This document shows positions 26,158-35,799 of a stretch of 64,000 nt of DNA, piece by piece. Each line of letters begins with the position of its first letter. Position 1 is the stretch's first letter. The notes below the pieces were generated by a model. The model saw only the letters and a list, made by a program, of their open reading frames with translations, was not told where the DNA came from and ran no database searches. The translations under genes and the position numbers were made by a program. The stretch covers positions 67,668 to 131,667 of the forward strand of contig JAWKOD010000006.1 in the NCBI GenBank assembly GCA_041391385.1. The letters are read 5' to 3'. The DNA is from Bdellovibrionota bacterium. GTDB lineage: Bacteria; Bdellovibrionota; UBA2428.

Positions 26158-28686
26158 TTATGATTCTTCGATTTCTTTTAATTTGGCTTTAGCATCTTCG
26201 AGTGCCTGAAGGGTTCGAGGGATGTTTGCTTTTATTGATTCTGCTTTTCTACGTGCCTTCTTGGCATCGTCATTGTCAGCTATTGCTTCAAGGCGTTTGG
26301 CTTCAGCTTCTGCTTCCTCGGCATTTGCAACAGTTTTTTCATATTTTTTCTGAGCACTAGTTAAGGTTGCTTGTGCTTCTTCAAAGCTGATTTGTACAGG
26401 TGTTTCTTCAGTTGATTTTTCTTTTAAGAGTGATTCGCTAAAGGCATCGTGCTCTGCAATTGCTCTATTGAGTTCTTCTTTTGCTTTTGTGACTGCTTTT
26501 TTAGCCTCTCGTCCTGCTGTTATAGCTGCTTGGACTTCGGGGTCCCTTTTTTGCTCTTTTGTGGGGGCAAAGCTGAGTTGTTTTTCTTCAGATACTCTTT
26601 CTGCTTCTTCGAGTGCACGTTGAGCTTTATCTATAGCCGCTTTAAGTTCTCTAAGTTTTGGGGCTGCTGCTTGAAGCGTTTCTTCGATAGCACGTTGTCT
26701 GTTGAGCTCAGCTTCTTGAAGTTGTCTTTGTCTTTGCTCCCAGGTTGCATTTGTTTCTTTTAGGCTAGGAAGAAATACGTTGTCCGTGTCAACATATTCA
26801 GCGCCTACTAAGACAGTAAAAGAACTGGCGATTTGAGAATCGAATTCGGTGTGGCCAAGGCGCACTCCTTCGTTAATCATTTGGGCAACTACAATTTTAC
26901 TAAACTGAATACCTTCAAGGGTTGCAGAGAGTGGCTCCCCCGCTACGGGAGTTCTTTTGCCGTTTGCTGGGGGATAGAATACTGTCTCTGGACTCCATAC
27001 GTTGTCTAGTTTTACAATTAATCCACCCGCGATGAGTTCTCCTTTACCGTCGTAAAGTTCAATTGTGTCGAGAAGGTTGGCCTCGTAAAGGCGTTGCATG
27101 AGAATTACGTTATAGGGATCTAAAAATCTCGTAGAGTTTTCAGACTGACCTTTACGTTGCATGTTCCTAAGTTTCTCTAAGACGCCAAATAGGTTTTTGT
27201 TTTTTTCAAAATGGAAGCCTTCGGTGATTATTCCTGGTTTTACTAAATTTCCTTTGCGATCATAAACTCCGTTAAAAAGGTTATTGCCATCTTTGTAGAG
27301 GCCTGTTTCTTGAGCCTTTGCTAAGTTAATTGTTCCCCGAATTACAGGAAGGGTCCATCCACTCAGGTTAAACATAAAGCCATTTTTGTTTTCGCTCATA
27401 TGAACTGCTTCGGTGGGTACATTTTGTATAAGCGAAGGATCGAACTCTTGAACTCGCCCATCAAGGTCGATTGTGAAAAATTTATTTCCTTTGCTTATGG
27501 CGTCAGCGATGAGGGTAGTTGGATCTTTAGGAAGAATTCTTAAGGCATCCTCTAAGCTTAAGCTTTTGTTGATAGCAGAAAGTTTCTTGGAGTCTGAAAT
27601 GAAAAATAAAGGTCTGTTGATTATCCCGTTTGAGGGCTTTTCCGTTACAGCGTTCATTTTCTCAACATGTGCCATTGCTTCTTCAATGCTGCTAACAGGT
27701 TTAAGTCCCGTCTCCCACATAAGAACGCCCGATTGAATGGCGTTGACTTCGTTTTCTGGTGTGGGCTTGGGCTTGTGCCCAAAAAATCTACGAAGACCAA
27801 TTCCTTGCTGGCGTGCGGTTTCAATAAACTCTTCAGGAGAGGTTGCTTTGATGCTTGGTTCTTTGTTGTTCAGGATATTTGTTTGCAGGAAGCGACTGAT
27901 TTCTTCGTAGGCAATTCCACGGGGTGTTCGTTCAAAAACGTTCGCATCTGCAAAGGGCATGTCGAGATAGTGAATCGTTGGGAGTGAGGGGTCAGCATCC
28001 GAAGCTATTCTTGCATTTTTAGAAAAGTCGTAAAGGTTCTGCTTTAGGCCTGAGGGATAAGTGCCGTCATGCGTTCCAGTTAAAATAAAAGTGGGTACGT
28101 TAATGGGTGTGCTGTTCCAATCGGGGAGTGAGTTCGTGCTGCTAAGTGGATTTTCCAAAACTAAAGAAGAGACAAGGTCGGGTCTTCTTTTAGCGAGTAC
28201 AATGGCACCTTCAGCTAAGTTTCCTTTTGCATAAATGACAAGGGGTCTTTGGTCGGGTGCTTGTGCACGTGTAGATAAAAGAATTGTTTCCATCCATGTC
28301 GCAACATCTTCTGCGCTTTTGTGTGGAGTGGTAGGAGAAAAAGCTTCTGCTCCCATGACAATGTGTTCAGTGTTCGAAGATTCGCCAGTGAGTTTTTCAA
28401 CTTTACTTTTTGCTGGGGCAAAATCGTTAATCTTTGAGCCAAAAGAATCAAAAATTACAGCATGTAGGGGAGCGTTGCTGGGAAATTGATTTTGACTTGG
28501 CTTGATGTGAAGTGCTTGAAGTTTGTTGTTGCGAAGGAGCTCTATTTTTTTAGACTTCTTAAAACTTAGATAGGAATATGCCTTCGCAGTTAATGCCAAC
28601 AAGCAACCTGCAGAGGCAGCGGGTGCAAGGAAAAGCTGAGTTGTGAAAAGAAACAAAAACAGGATTTTTAAAATGTTTGTTTTCAT
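26158..28686 (-). CDS. Exported multidomain protein: alpha/beta-hydrolase-like, Aat (Leu/Phe-tRNA-protein transferase)-like, and a 200-aa coiled coil
   Basis: ATG 28686 gives the signal peptide MKTNILKILFLFLFTTQLFLAPAASA (the track ORF starts at GTG 28749). Aat-like blocks: FHFEKNKNLFGVLEKL, LLDTIELYDGKGELIAGGL, FSKIVVAQMINEGVRLGHTEFDSQ. The tail is E/K/A/Q heptads. Confidence 0.65.
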   Translation of the reverse strand: MKTNILKILFLFLFTTQLFLAPAASAGCLLALTAKAYSYLSFKKSKKIELLRNNKLQALHIKPSQNQFPSNAPLHAVIFDSFGSKINDFAPAKSKVEKLTGESSNTEHIVMGAEAFSPTTPHKSAEDVATWMETILLSTRAQAPDQRPLVIYAKGNLAEGAIVLAKRRPDLVSSLVLENPLSSTNSLPDWNSTPINVPTFILTGTHDGTYPSGLKQNLYDFSKNARIASDADPSLPTIHYLDMPFADANVFERTPRGIAYEEISRFLQTNILNNKEPSIKATSPEEFIETARQQGIGLRRFFGHKPKPTPENEVNAIQSGVLMWETGLKPVSSIEEAMAHVEKMNAVTEKPSNGIINRPLFFISDSKKLSAINKSLSLEDALRILPKDPTTLIADAISKGNKFFTIDLDGRVQEFDPSLIQNVPTEAVHMSENKNGFMFNLSGWTLPVIRGTINLAKAQETGLYKDGNNLFNGVYDRKGNLVKPGIITEGFHFEKNKNLFGVLEKLRNMQRKGQSENSTRFLDPYNVILMQRLYEANLLDTIELYDGKGELIAGGLIVKLDNVWSPETVFYPPANGKRTPVAGEPLSATLEGIQFSKIVVAQMINEGVRLGHTEFDSQIASSFTVLVGAEYVDTDNVFLPSLKETNATWEQRQRQLQEAELNRQRAIEETLQAAAPKLRELKAAIDKAQRALEEAERVSEEKQLSFAPTKEQKRDPEVQAAITAGREAKKAVTKAKEELNRAIAEHDAFSESLLKEKSTEETPVQISFEEAQATLTSAQKKYEKTVANAEEAEAEAKRLEAIADNDDAKKARRKAESIKANIPRTLQALEDAKAKLKEIEES

Positions 28687-28960
28687 TTCTTGATTAATTA
28701 AGGGCGCCAAAGCTGAATTGTTCTTCGTAAGCATCTTGTTGTTGCTCACTTTTATTTACAAAGATTCCAACGGCGTTTCGACGATAAAGAAAGACGACAA
28801 AAAACATCCCTATTGAGTTGATTTTTAGAGCCCAAATGTTGCACCATTGTTGCGATGCACAATAACAGTTTTTCATCCTTAAAGTCAATGCAAGTTCTCA
28901 AATTTCTTAGCTTAAAATATCTTACATGCTCTACGCGTCATATTGGGATATGATCGAGGC

Positions 28961-29800
28961 ATGTCCAAGCATGTGCTTCTTATTCAGTGTCGAGATGAGA
29001 TGGGCCTAGTCCACAAGGTCACAGGTGCCTTGCTCAAGCGCAACCTAAACGTTGTGGAGAATGCTGAGACTGTAGACACTGTTACGACTAGTTTTTTTAT
29101 GCGTACAGAGTTTCTGGGGGATATCTCAAGTGACGAACTTTTAGACGAATTAAAGTCTTTGCTTCCACGCAATGCAGAGGTGCATTTGCGCCTTCAAAAT
29201 CCAAAGAAATTATTGATTCTTGCAACTCGAGAATCTCATTGTTTGGGAGATTTGCTCTTGAGGCATCATTCTGGCGAGCTAAATGCAAAAATTTTGGGAG
29301 TCGTCAGTCAGTACGATTCTTTATCCGATTTGGCAGAGCGCTTTTCAATTCCCTATAAGCATGTTCCTGTCGATCCTAGCTTGGACCGAGCAGCACATGA
29401 GGAAAAGCTTCTACAATGTTGTAACGAATTTGAAGCAGATTACCTAATTTTGGCAAAATACATGCGCGTGTTGAGCTCAGATTTTACTCAGCGCTTTCCT
29501 GAGAGAATGATAAACATTCATCATTCTTTTTTGCCCGCTTTTGTCGGAGCTAGTCCTTATAAGCAAGCATATGAACGCGGAGTTAAAATCATTGGAGCCA
29601 CGGCTCATTTTGTAACACAAGAGCTTGATGAGGGACCAATAATTACTCAATCTGTAATTCCTGTGAAAAATAGTGAATCTCCTGCTCAGATGGCAAAGGC
29701 CGGAAGAGAAATTGAGAAGCTCGTTTTGGCACGTGCAATAAACCTTGTTTTAGAGGACCGCGTAATGGTTCACGGCAGACGCACTATAGTTTTTGAGTAG
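28961..29800 (+). CDS. purU: Formyltetrahydrofolate deformylase
   Basis: 279 aa from ATG 28961. N-terminal ACT domain followed by a formyltransferase core, HHSFLPAFVGASPYKQAYERGVKIIGATAHFVTQELDEGPII. Confidence 0.9.
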   Translation: MSKHVLLIQCRDEMGLVHKVTGALLKRNLNVVENAETVDTVTTSFFMRTEFLGDISSDELLDELKSLLPRNAEVHLRLQNPKKLLILATRESHCLGDLLLRHHSGELNAKILGVVSQYDSLSDLAERFSIPYKHVPVDPSLDRAAHEEKLLQCCNEFEADYLILAKYMRVLSSDFTQRFPERMINIHHSFLPAFVGASPYKQAYERGVKIIGATAHFVTQELDEGPIITQSVIPVKNSESPAQMAKAGREIEKLVLARAINLVLEDRVMVHGRRTIVFE

Positions 29801-29842
29801 TGTTTTCGAAGAGTCCGATGGAATTACAATTCGAATCTTCAA

Positions 29843-32530
29843 TTAGGGTTCAATGTTCTGAATGATGTTATTGCCCAAGAGCGGGATAACTTGCCCATTA
29901 ACACGTTCAAGTTCGACTTTTTCTGCACCAGAATTAAAAGCAAACTCCATAGCTTCAAATAGTGCTTTTTGAAGCCCTTGGTTCATCGCAGCGCTAGGAG
30001 CTGGTGTTGCAGCGGTTGTTGAAGGCGTATTGAAGTCTACTAGCGCATCTATGCTCCAGCGAGTGCCCTTGTGCAGGAGAATGGCTCCAGCAATCAGATT
30101 TCCGTCTTCACCAAATACTTCAATGGAATGAGCGTTTCTTTCATGAAACAGAGTCTGTGGGAGTAACCAACTATGAACATCGTAAAGTGGAAGTCCCTCG
30201 CTGTTAAGATAGTTTTTAGCTTGGTTCATAAGATGCCAAAAATGAGTGTCGTTTTTTACGCTCAGTTGATTGTTTGAGAGAGCTTGTTGGTATTCGGGGT
30301 AGTTCGCTTTGTCTTCAGCGCGAAAGAGGCTTATTGTACTTTTTCTAATCCACGAGTGAAACTTTAAAGATGCGGGACTCAGGGGATCTTCTCTAAAAGT
30401 GAGAGTGCTTTCTTCGGGCTCTCCCATTATGGCAAGGAGTTCTTCAGCGTTTATATTTCTTGCCTGGCCGTTTTCAATAATAAATATATTTCCTGTGGGA
30501 TCTTTGCCTGCGCTGTGAGCTTTGCTCTCAGTGCTAATAATATTCTTTACCATATCTTCAGCATTTTTTTTACTGGCAAGGGGTTGGGCTATTTGTTCTC
30601 TGATCGCATCAGGTCTTATGTATTCAATGCTTCCTTTGTTGCTGACGATATACAATTTTCCCTTTTCGGCAGCGTCAAGAATTTCAGTATATTTTCCGAA
30701 GTAAACTGGGTCAAAACGCTGTAATGGAAAGGGGCGTATGGCGCTTTCGATTTCAGATTGGCTAGCTGTGTGAGCATTCATTCCTTCGGGCAAGAAGGAA
30801 ATGTCTCCGCGGCTGCCTGAACGAGCAAAGTTTATGAGAAGATCCTCTGAGGCTTGGGGTTCGTTGATGGTGCTTTTGTCCTGTCTGCTGTGCATGAGGC
30901 CATATTCTCTTTTGGCTTTGTCGCTGAGCTTGCTCCAAGTTCGGTATATCTCAAAGTTACTGGGATAGATGGGTAAGTAGAAAGTTTTGCCTTTCTGGAA
31001 TTGACGTTCAACGAGTCTGCCTTCTTGGGCTAGGGAAGATATTTCTTGGTGGTTCATCACATCGTTCGCTACGAAGTCTTCAGGTGTAAGTACTTTTTCG
31101 CTACCGTCAGCTGCTTTGAGGCGAATTCTTCCGTGTTTTGCATGTTCAGTGAAGTTAGGTATTTTTGCATTCTTCCGATAAGTTGTGAATCCAGGTACTC
31201 CGCTTGCTCTTCTGAATGATCTTGCAAGTTGATCCGATGCGATAATGTAAACGGCTGTATTTGCATGCGGGGAGTTCTGGTTGTGTTCTTCCGCAGCTTT
31301 TAAACTTTCAACGACAAAGACTTCTTGAGCTTCAAATCGAAAGCCAGCTTCGTAGCCTTCTTTGAGGGTTTTGGGAGTGACGGGTATTTCGCTTCCAAGA
31401 TTTAATTTATTGCCTGTTATTTTCCCGGAATTGCTGGCGTTAATAAAGGTGTTTGCATCTATGCTTGAGTCGGGGGCAGGGATTCCAAGAAATTTTTCTC
31501 GAATATAATTTCTTAGAATAGGTAAGGCTTGGTCGTTGGGGTTGTAGCCATCCGCAAATGCAAAAGTGTCGTGATGGGCTCTAAGGAAATCGTAAATGAC
31601 AAGGTTGCCGTCTGAGTCCCTTGCAAGATTACTGGTGAAGGTTCTTTCGCTTATGGGGACTTGTCGGTCGGCTTCACCTTCAAAGAAAGTGTATCTGGTG
31701 CGGTTTTCTTTGAAAAGATTCACGGTCCACGCTTTGGAATTATGAAGCATCTTCATAATCCAGCTAAAAGCACCCTCGTTAACTCCACTTCCGTTTGTTT
31801 CAAGATCTGCGATAGCGCCCTTCTCGGCATCTATGAGTCGTTGTTTGTCGCCCGGTTCTATGCCCGTAGTTGTTGGGCTCATGGCAATTATTTCGTCAAT
31901 GAGGTTCGGGTCAATCTCAGAAGCTTTAATTGCAAAGTCTGCTCCGCTACTTCGAGTAAAGACAACCAGTTTGGCATCGGGATCCATTTGCGAGCGAATT
32001 TTTCTAAGATAATTAACTGTCCATTCCGCAACTAGTTCGGGTGATTGGAAGTTGTCGCGATTTGGTCCTGCTTCGGCTCCGGGAAGTGCGGGTGCTTCTG
32101 CGTAAATTTTTGAAGCTTCATCCTTTGACATAACTCCTGCATCAACGAGTTCTTTTAAGATTGCTGTGAGAGAGTGGGGGCCGCTATTACCGCCACCGTT
32201 ACCGTGAATAGTTACAAAAACAACTTTTGCTTCGGAGAGAGTAGCTTGTCTTCTGGGAAGGATCCTGTAGGTGCCAAATTCTGGTACAAGCTCGGCTGTC
32301 ATTGAAGGGGAATCGGTTTTTCCCTCTTGAAAACGCTCGACTTCTACGACGAGTCTTTGCATGAAGGGGTCTGCTTCAGCAGCGGCTAAATTTTCGTAGT
32401 GTCCATGCTCGACGAGTGCTTGAAGGCATCCCGTTGCATTTTCTGCTATTGCACGCGGAGATACTCCGATGCATAAAAATAAAAGAACTAAAATAAGTGA
32501 TTTTCTTCTCAGCAATTGCACTCGGCTCAC
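29843..32530 (-). CDS. Exported multidomain protein: alpha/beta hydrolase, middle region, and an Aat-like C-terminal domain (paralog of 26158..28686)
   Basis: 895 aa with signal peptide ...CIGVSPRAIA/EN. Hydrolase elements: VVFVTIHGNGG, FTRSSGAD, GEADRQVP, RAHHD. Aat-like blocks: LSVKNDTHFWHLMNQA, NAHSIEVFGEDGNLIAGA, GLQKALFEAMEFAFNSGAEKVELERV. Confidence 0.65.
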   Translation of the reverse strand: MSRVQLLRRKSLILVLLFLCIGVSPRAIAENATGCLQALVEHGHYENLAAAEADPFMQRLVVEVERFQEGKTDSPSMTAELVPEFGTYRILPRRQATLSEAKVVFVTIHGNGGGNSGPHSLTAILKELVDAGVMSKDEASKIYAEAPALPGAEAGPNRDNFQSPELVAEWTVNYLRKIRSQMDPDAKLVVFTRSSGADFAIKASEIDPNLIDEIIAMSPTTTGIEPGDKQRLIDAEKGAIADLETNGSGVNEGAFSWIMKMLHNSKAWTVNLFKENRTRYTFFEGEADRQVPISERTFTSNLARDSDGNLVIYDFLRAHHDTFAFADGYNPNDQALPILRNYIREKFLGIPAPDSSIDANTFINASNSGKITGNKLNLGSEIPVTPKTLKEGYEAGFRFEAQEVFVVESLKAAEEHNQNSPHANTAVYIIASDQLARSFRRASGVPGFTTYRKNAKIPNFTEHAKHGRIRLKAADGSEKVLTPEDFVANDVMNHQEISSLAQEGRLVERQFQKGKTFYLPIYPSNFEIYRTWSKLSDKAKREYGLMHSRQDKSTINEPQASEDLLINFARSGSRGDISFLPEGMNAHTASQSEIESAIRPFPLQRFDPVYFGKYTEILDAAEKGKLYIVSNKGSIEYIRPDAIREQIAQPLASKKNAEDMVKNIISTESKAHSAGKDPTGNIFIIENGQARNINAEELLAIMGEPEESTLTFREDPLSPASLKFHSWIRKSTISLFRAEDKANYPEYQQALSNNQLSVKNDTHFWHLMNQAKNYLNSEGLPLYDVHSWLLPQTLFHERNAHSIEVFGEDGNLIAGAILLHKGTRWSIDALVDFNTPSTTAATPAPSAAMNQGLQKALFEAMEFAFNSGAEKVELERVNGQVIPLLGNNIIQNIEP

Positions 32531-32821
32531 CGTTTATGATTTACAAATGTGTAGGTGTGTTTTGTTGAAATTCTCTGGTCTGTTTTTGAATATGTTTCTT
32601 CTCTAAAAGTTGCACCATAACGCGGGGCAGTATTATGCCTAAGCCCCTGATTTGTCAAAGCTTAAATTATCTTTACATCTTGTGATTTTGCTCCAAAGCC
32701 GTATTGCTTTGGAATAGAGGCCGCGATTTTCTTTTGGCTTAACTTCAAATTAAAGAAATACTGATGCTATCTTATTCGAATTCTTTAGGTCTCATGTAAG
32801 AATAAGTGAAGTGGGTGCTAT

Positions 32822-33256
32822 ATGAATTTAACAAAAAAACGTGAAAGATTGGCAAAAAAGATAATTGTAGCAGGAAGTTTTTTTTGGATCCTATTTGGAG
32901 TGTGGGGCGTTAATGGTGCTTTTCAAGCAGCCAAAGATGCTCGTGATGTACAAATTCGCAACATAGAGCTTAGTCATGGTTATACTGCTAGAATTCCTGC
33001 GGGTATTCGGCCTGCCACCTGGGTCCTTTCACCTGGAGTTAAAGAACAGATTTACAGTGACACTAATGCGGCTGGTTTGGTTGGAAATCCATATTACATT
33101 GAAAACCGCCTAATGCGGCTTTTATTTGCTTTTGTCGCCTGTATTTTAGTCTCATTTTTTGTCCTTTACGCCGTGTTTGTTGTCGATCCTAGGCGCACCT
33201 CTTTGTGGCATGACGCAAAGACCTTGCCTTCGGTAAATGCTTTAGGCGAAGAATAG
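32822..33256 (+). CDS. Hypothetical two-TM membrane protein
   Basis: 144 aa with two hydrophobic helices. No motif recognised. Confidence 0.45.
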   Translation: MNLTKKRERLAKKIIVAGSFFWILFGVWGVNGAFQAAKDARDVQIRNIELSHGYTARIPAGIRPATWVLSPGVKEQIYSDTNAAGLVGNPYYIENRLMRLLFAFVACILVSFFVLYAVFVVDPRRTSLWHDAKTLPSVNALGEE

Positions 33257-33309
33257 TCCACTCAATCAAAGAAAATTCGAAGATTAGTTTTATTTGTATG
33301 ATTGTAAGT

Positions 33310-33385
33310 TGGAGCGGGAGACGAGGCTCGAACTCGCTACCCTCAGCTTGGAAGGCTGATGCTCTACCAAATGAGCTACTCCCGC
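33310..33385 (-). tRNA. tRNA-Gly (anticodon UCC), CCA encoded
   Basis: The reverse complement is GCGGGAG-TA-GCTC-ATTTGGTA-GAGC-A-TCAGC-CTTCCAA-GCTGA-GGGTA-GCGAG-TTCGAGC-CTCGT-CTCCCGC-T-CCA. Confidence 0.95.
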
Positions 33386-33466
33386 GATAAAAGAAGTGGT
33401 AACACAGCTTTGTGGCCTGTGTAGAGGCCAAAAAACAAAAATTTTTGAATCGACAGGTCCTCGGGT

Positions 33467-33674
33467 AGGGGCTGGAAGCGGAAGCTTTTGGTTGGCTACT
33501 GAATTTCTAAAAAAACTCCCTCTGCGTACCGCTGCACACTGAGGTTGTCAGGTGCAGGGCTGGAAGCGGGAGCTTTCAGTTGACCATAAATAACTCTAAA
33601 ATAGTCGCTCTGCGTACCGCTGCACACTGAGGTTGTCAGGTGCAGGGTATCGCTCTGCGTACCGCTGCACACTG
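33467..33674. repeat. Tandem ~88-bp repeat (2.4 copies), each copy carrying a 26-nt hairpin
   Basis: The 40-mer CTCTGCGTACCGCTGCACACTGAGGTTGTCAGGTGCAGGG occurs at 33520-33559 and 33608-33647, with a 22-nt partial copy at 33653-33674. The flanking GGGCTGGAAGCGG[A/G]AGCTTT is also duplicated. The hairpin is CTGCAC-A-CTGA/GGTTG/TCAG-GTGCAG. Confidence 0.8.
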
Positions 33675-33923
33675 TCTTTATTACGGAGGGTCTTGTCACC
33701 CCCGTACAGGCGTTGTAAGTTGACTGCGTCCGACACGGCTTGTCCAAGTGCGTCGTATTGTGTTTTTATGCCCTCATTTGAGGCTCGCCTAAATTCATTT
33801 TATGGCACATAAATCAAGACGTTCGGTGAAAAAGTGAAATTAAAGCTCTAGCTTCTGGGTTAACAAGTTGTGAGTCTTTAGTGAAAAAAAGAAAGAAGCC
33901 ACTAAGGAGGCGAAAGGAAGTAC

Positions 33924-35114
33924 ATGTCAAAGGAAAAATTTAACCGCGATAAACCACATGTGAACATCGGAACAATTGGTCACGTCGACCACGGTAAGAC
34001 TACTCTTACTGCAGCGATCACAAAAACTCTAGCGTCTAAGGGTCAAGCTGAATTCAAAGCTTATGACCAAATCGACAAAGCTCCAGAGGAAAAAGAGCGT
34101 GGTATTACTATCAATACTTCGCACGTGGAATACGCAACAGCTACACGTCACTACGCACACGTAGATTGCCCAGGTCACGCCGATTATGTGAAAAACATGA
34201 TCACAGGTGCTGCGCAAATGGACGGTGGTATTCTTGTAGTTTCTGCTTCTGATGGTCCTATGCCTCAAACACGTGAACACATTCTCTTGGCTCGCCAAGT
34301 AGGTGTTCCAGCTCTTGTTGTTTTCATGAACAAGTGTGACATGGTTGATGACGCAGAACTTTTAGATCTTGTAGAAATGGAAGTTCGTGAACTTCTTTCT
34401 AAGTACGAATTCCCTGGAGACGATATTCCTATCATCCGTGGATCTGCACTTAAGGCTCTTGAAGGCGACACAGGTGAATTGGGAATTCCTGCAATTGAAA
34501 AATTGATGGATGCAGTTGATGCTTCAATTCCTCTTCCTGCACGTCCAAAAGATAAGCCTTTCTTGATGCCTGTAGAGGACGTGTTCTCGATTTCTGGTCG
34601 CGGAACTGTTGTTACAGGTCGCGTAGAGCGCGGAATTATCAAGGTTGGTGAAGAGATTGAAATTATCGGATTACGTCCTACTGTTAAGTCTACAGTTACT
34701 GGCGTTGAGATGTTTAGAAAACTTCTCGATCAAGGTGAAGCAGGCGATAACATTGGAGCTCTTCTTCGTGGAACGAAGAAAGAAGATGTTGAGCGCGGTC
34801 AAGTTTTGGCTAAGCCCGGCAGCGTAACTCCTCACAAAAAGTTCAAAGGTGAAGTCTACATTCTTAAAAAAGAAGAAGGTGGCCGTCACACAGCTTTCTT
34901 GAACGGGTACCGTCCTCAGTTTTACTTCAGAACAACTGACGTAACTGGAAACGTTACACTTCCTGAAGGAACTGAAATGGTTATGCCGGGTGACCGCGTA
35001 ACTATTGACGTAGAGCTCATCACTCCAATCGCTATGGAAAAAGAACTCCGTTTCGCTATTCGCGAAGGTGGTCGTACCGTAGGTGCTGGTGTTGTCTCTG
35101 CAATTGTTGAATAA
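33924..35114 (+). CDS. tuf: Elongation factor Tu
   Basis: 396 aa. [17 protein letters not shown] and NKCD G-motifs. AAGGAGG Shine-Dalgarno lies upstream. Confidence 0.98.
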   Translation: MSKEKFNRDKPHVNIGTIGHVDHGKTTLTAAITKTLASKGQAEFKAYDQIDKAPEEKERGITINTSHVEYATATRHYAHVDCPGHADYVKNMITGAAQMDGGILVVSASDGPMPQTREHILLARQVGVPALVVFMNKCDMVDDAELLDLVEMEVRELLSKYEFPGDDIPIIRGSALKALEGDTGELGIPAIEKLMDAVDASIPLPARPKDKPFLMPVEDVFSISGRGTVVTGRVERGIIKVGEEIEIIGLRPTVKSTVTGVEMFRKLLDQGEAGDNIGALLRGTKKEDVERGQVLAKPGSVTPHKKFKGEVYILKKEEGGRHTAFLNGYRPQFYFRTTDVTGNVTLPEGTEMVMPGDRVTIDVELITPIAMEKELRFAIREGGRTVGAGVVSAIVE

Positions 35115-35129
35115 CTAGGTTTGGAATTA

Positions 35130-35165
35130 TTTTGGGTGGGTAGGTTTTTTCCTATCCACCCAAAA
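35130..35165 (+). terminator. Stem-loop terminator after tuf
   Basis: TTTTGGGTGGGTAGG, a TTTTTT loop, then CCTATCCACCCAAAA. An 11-bp GC-rich stem with one G-U, extended by A/T pairs. Confidence 0.6.
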
Positions 35166-35299
35166 ATGAGAAGCGAAGGGATTTTTGCTTCAGACGAGGA
35201 AGCCGCCGGGGGTGCGCAGGGCGCGTACAAAAATGTACGCAACCGACAAGCGACACTAAAGCTGACGACGGATCAAGCAAAAAGACCAAGCTTATCAAG

Positions 35300-35376
35300 G
35301 GGTCAATAGCTCTAATTGGTAGAGCGTGGGATTCCAAATCCTAAGGTTGTAGGTTCGAGCCCTACTTGACCCGCCA
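35300..35376 (+). tRNA. tRNA-Trp (anticodon CCA), CCA encoded
   Basis: GGGTCAA-TA-GCTC-TAATTGGTA-GAGC-G-TGGGA-TTCCAAA-TCCTA-AGGTT-GTAGG-TTCGAGC-CCTAC-TTGACCC-G-CCA. It occupies the canonical position between tuf and secE. Confidence 0.95.
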
Positions 35377-35398
35377 TTTAAGGAATTTGAGTTAAAAA

Positions 35399-35785
35399 AT
35401 GAAGAATTCAAAAGTTGTTAATATATTTTTTGTAGGCGCTGGAGCCTTATTATGGTTTTTATCACTCCACTATATTACTCAGTGGGTAGGGTACTTCCAG
35501 TTAGCTCGCCATTTGGGGTCAGAAGCATCCGATCTTATTCGTCATGGATTGCCAATCCTTTTGGGAGTCTCTTTATTTGTATTTTTAAGGTCGTGGACCA
35601 AAGCTTCACATTTTGTAAGTGATTGTGTCGACGAACTTTTCAGAGTTGTTTTTCCTGGCCCGAAAGAAGTTAAAGCAGGAACAACGTGGGTTATTATCAT
35701 TGTTATTCTTGCGGGGCTTGCCTTTGGAGCCTTGGACTGGGGTATTACACATGTTATTAAACGCCTAATTGGGCTTGAGTCTTAG
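35399..35785 (+). CDS. secE: Preprotein translocase subunit SecE (three-TM form)
   Basis: 128 aa. Position tuf-tRNATrp-secE-nusG. C-terminal ELFRVVFPGPKEVKAGTTWVIIIV matches the conserved SecE segment. Confidence 0.85.
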   Translation: MKNSKVVNIFFVGAGALLWFLSLHYITQWVGYFQLARHLGSEASDLIRHGLPILLGVSLFVFLRSWTKASHFVSDCVDELFRVVFPGPKEVKAGTTWVIIIVILAGLAFGALDWGITHVIKRLIGLES

Positions 35786-35799
35786 GAAAGGTACCCTGT

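Noticed and set aside
28943-29800. A functional link between purU (formyl-THF deformylase) and the flanking Aat-like proteins, for example via formyl-Met or N-terminal chemistry.
   Set aside because: purU is on the opposite strand with its own start region and is a common housekeeping gene. Nothing in the sequence connects it to its neighbours beyond adjacency.
33467-33674. Possible mini-CRISPR array (a 40-nt repeat with ~48-nt intervening segments).
   Set aside because: The intervening segments are homologous to each other, so the whole 88-bp unit is duplicated. There are only 2.4 copies and no cas genes in the window. It is a tandem repeat, not a repeat-spacer array.
33189-33747. Track ORFs 33189..33431 (-) and 33496..33747 (-).
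   Set aside because: The first overlaps tRNA-Gly. The second is generated by the tandem repeat, which explains its repeated SVCSGTQSD peptide. Neither has a start context or a recognisable fold.
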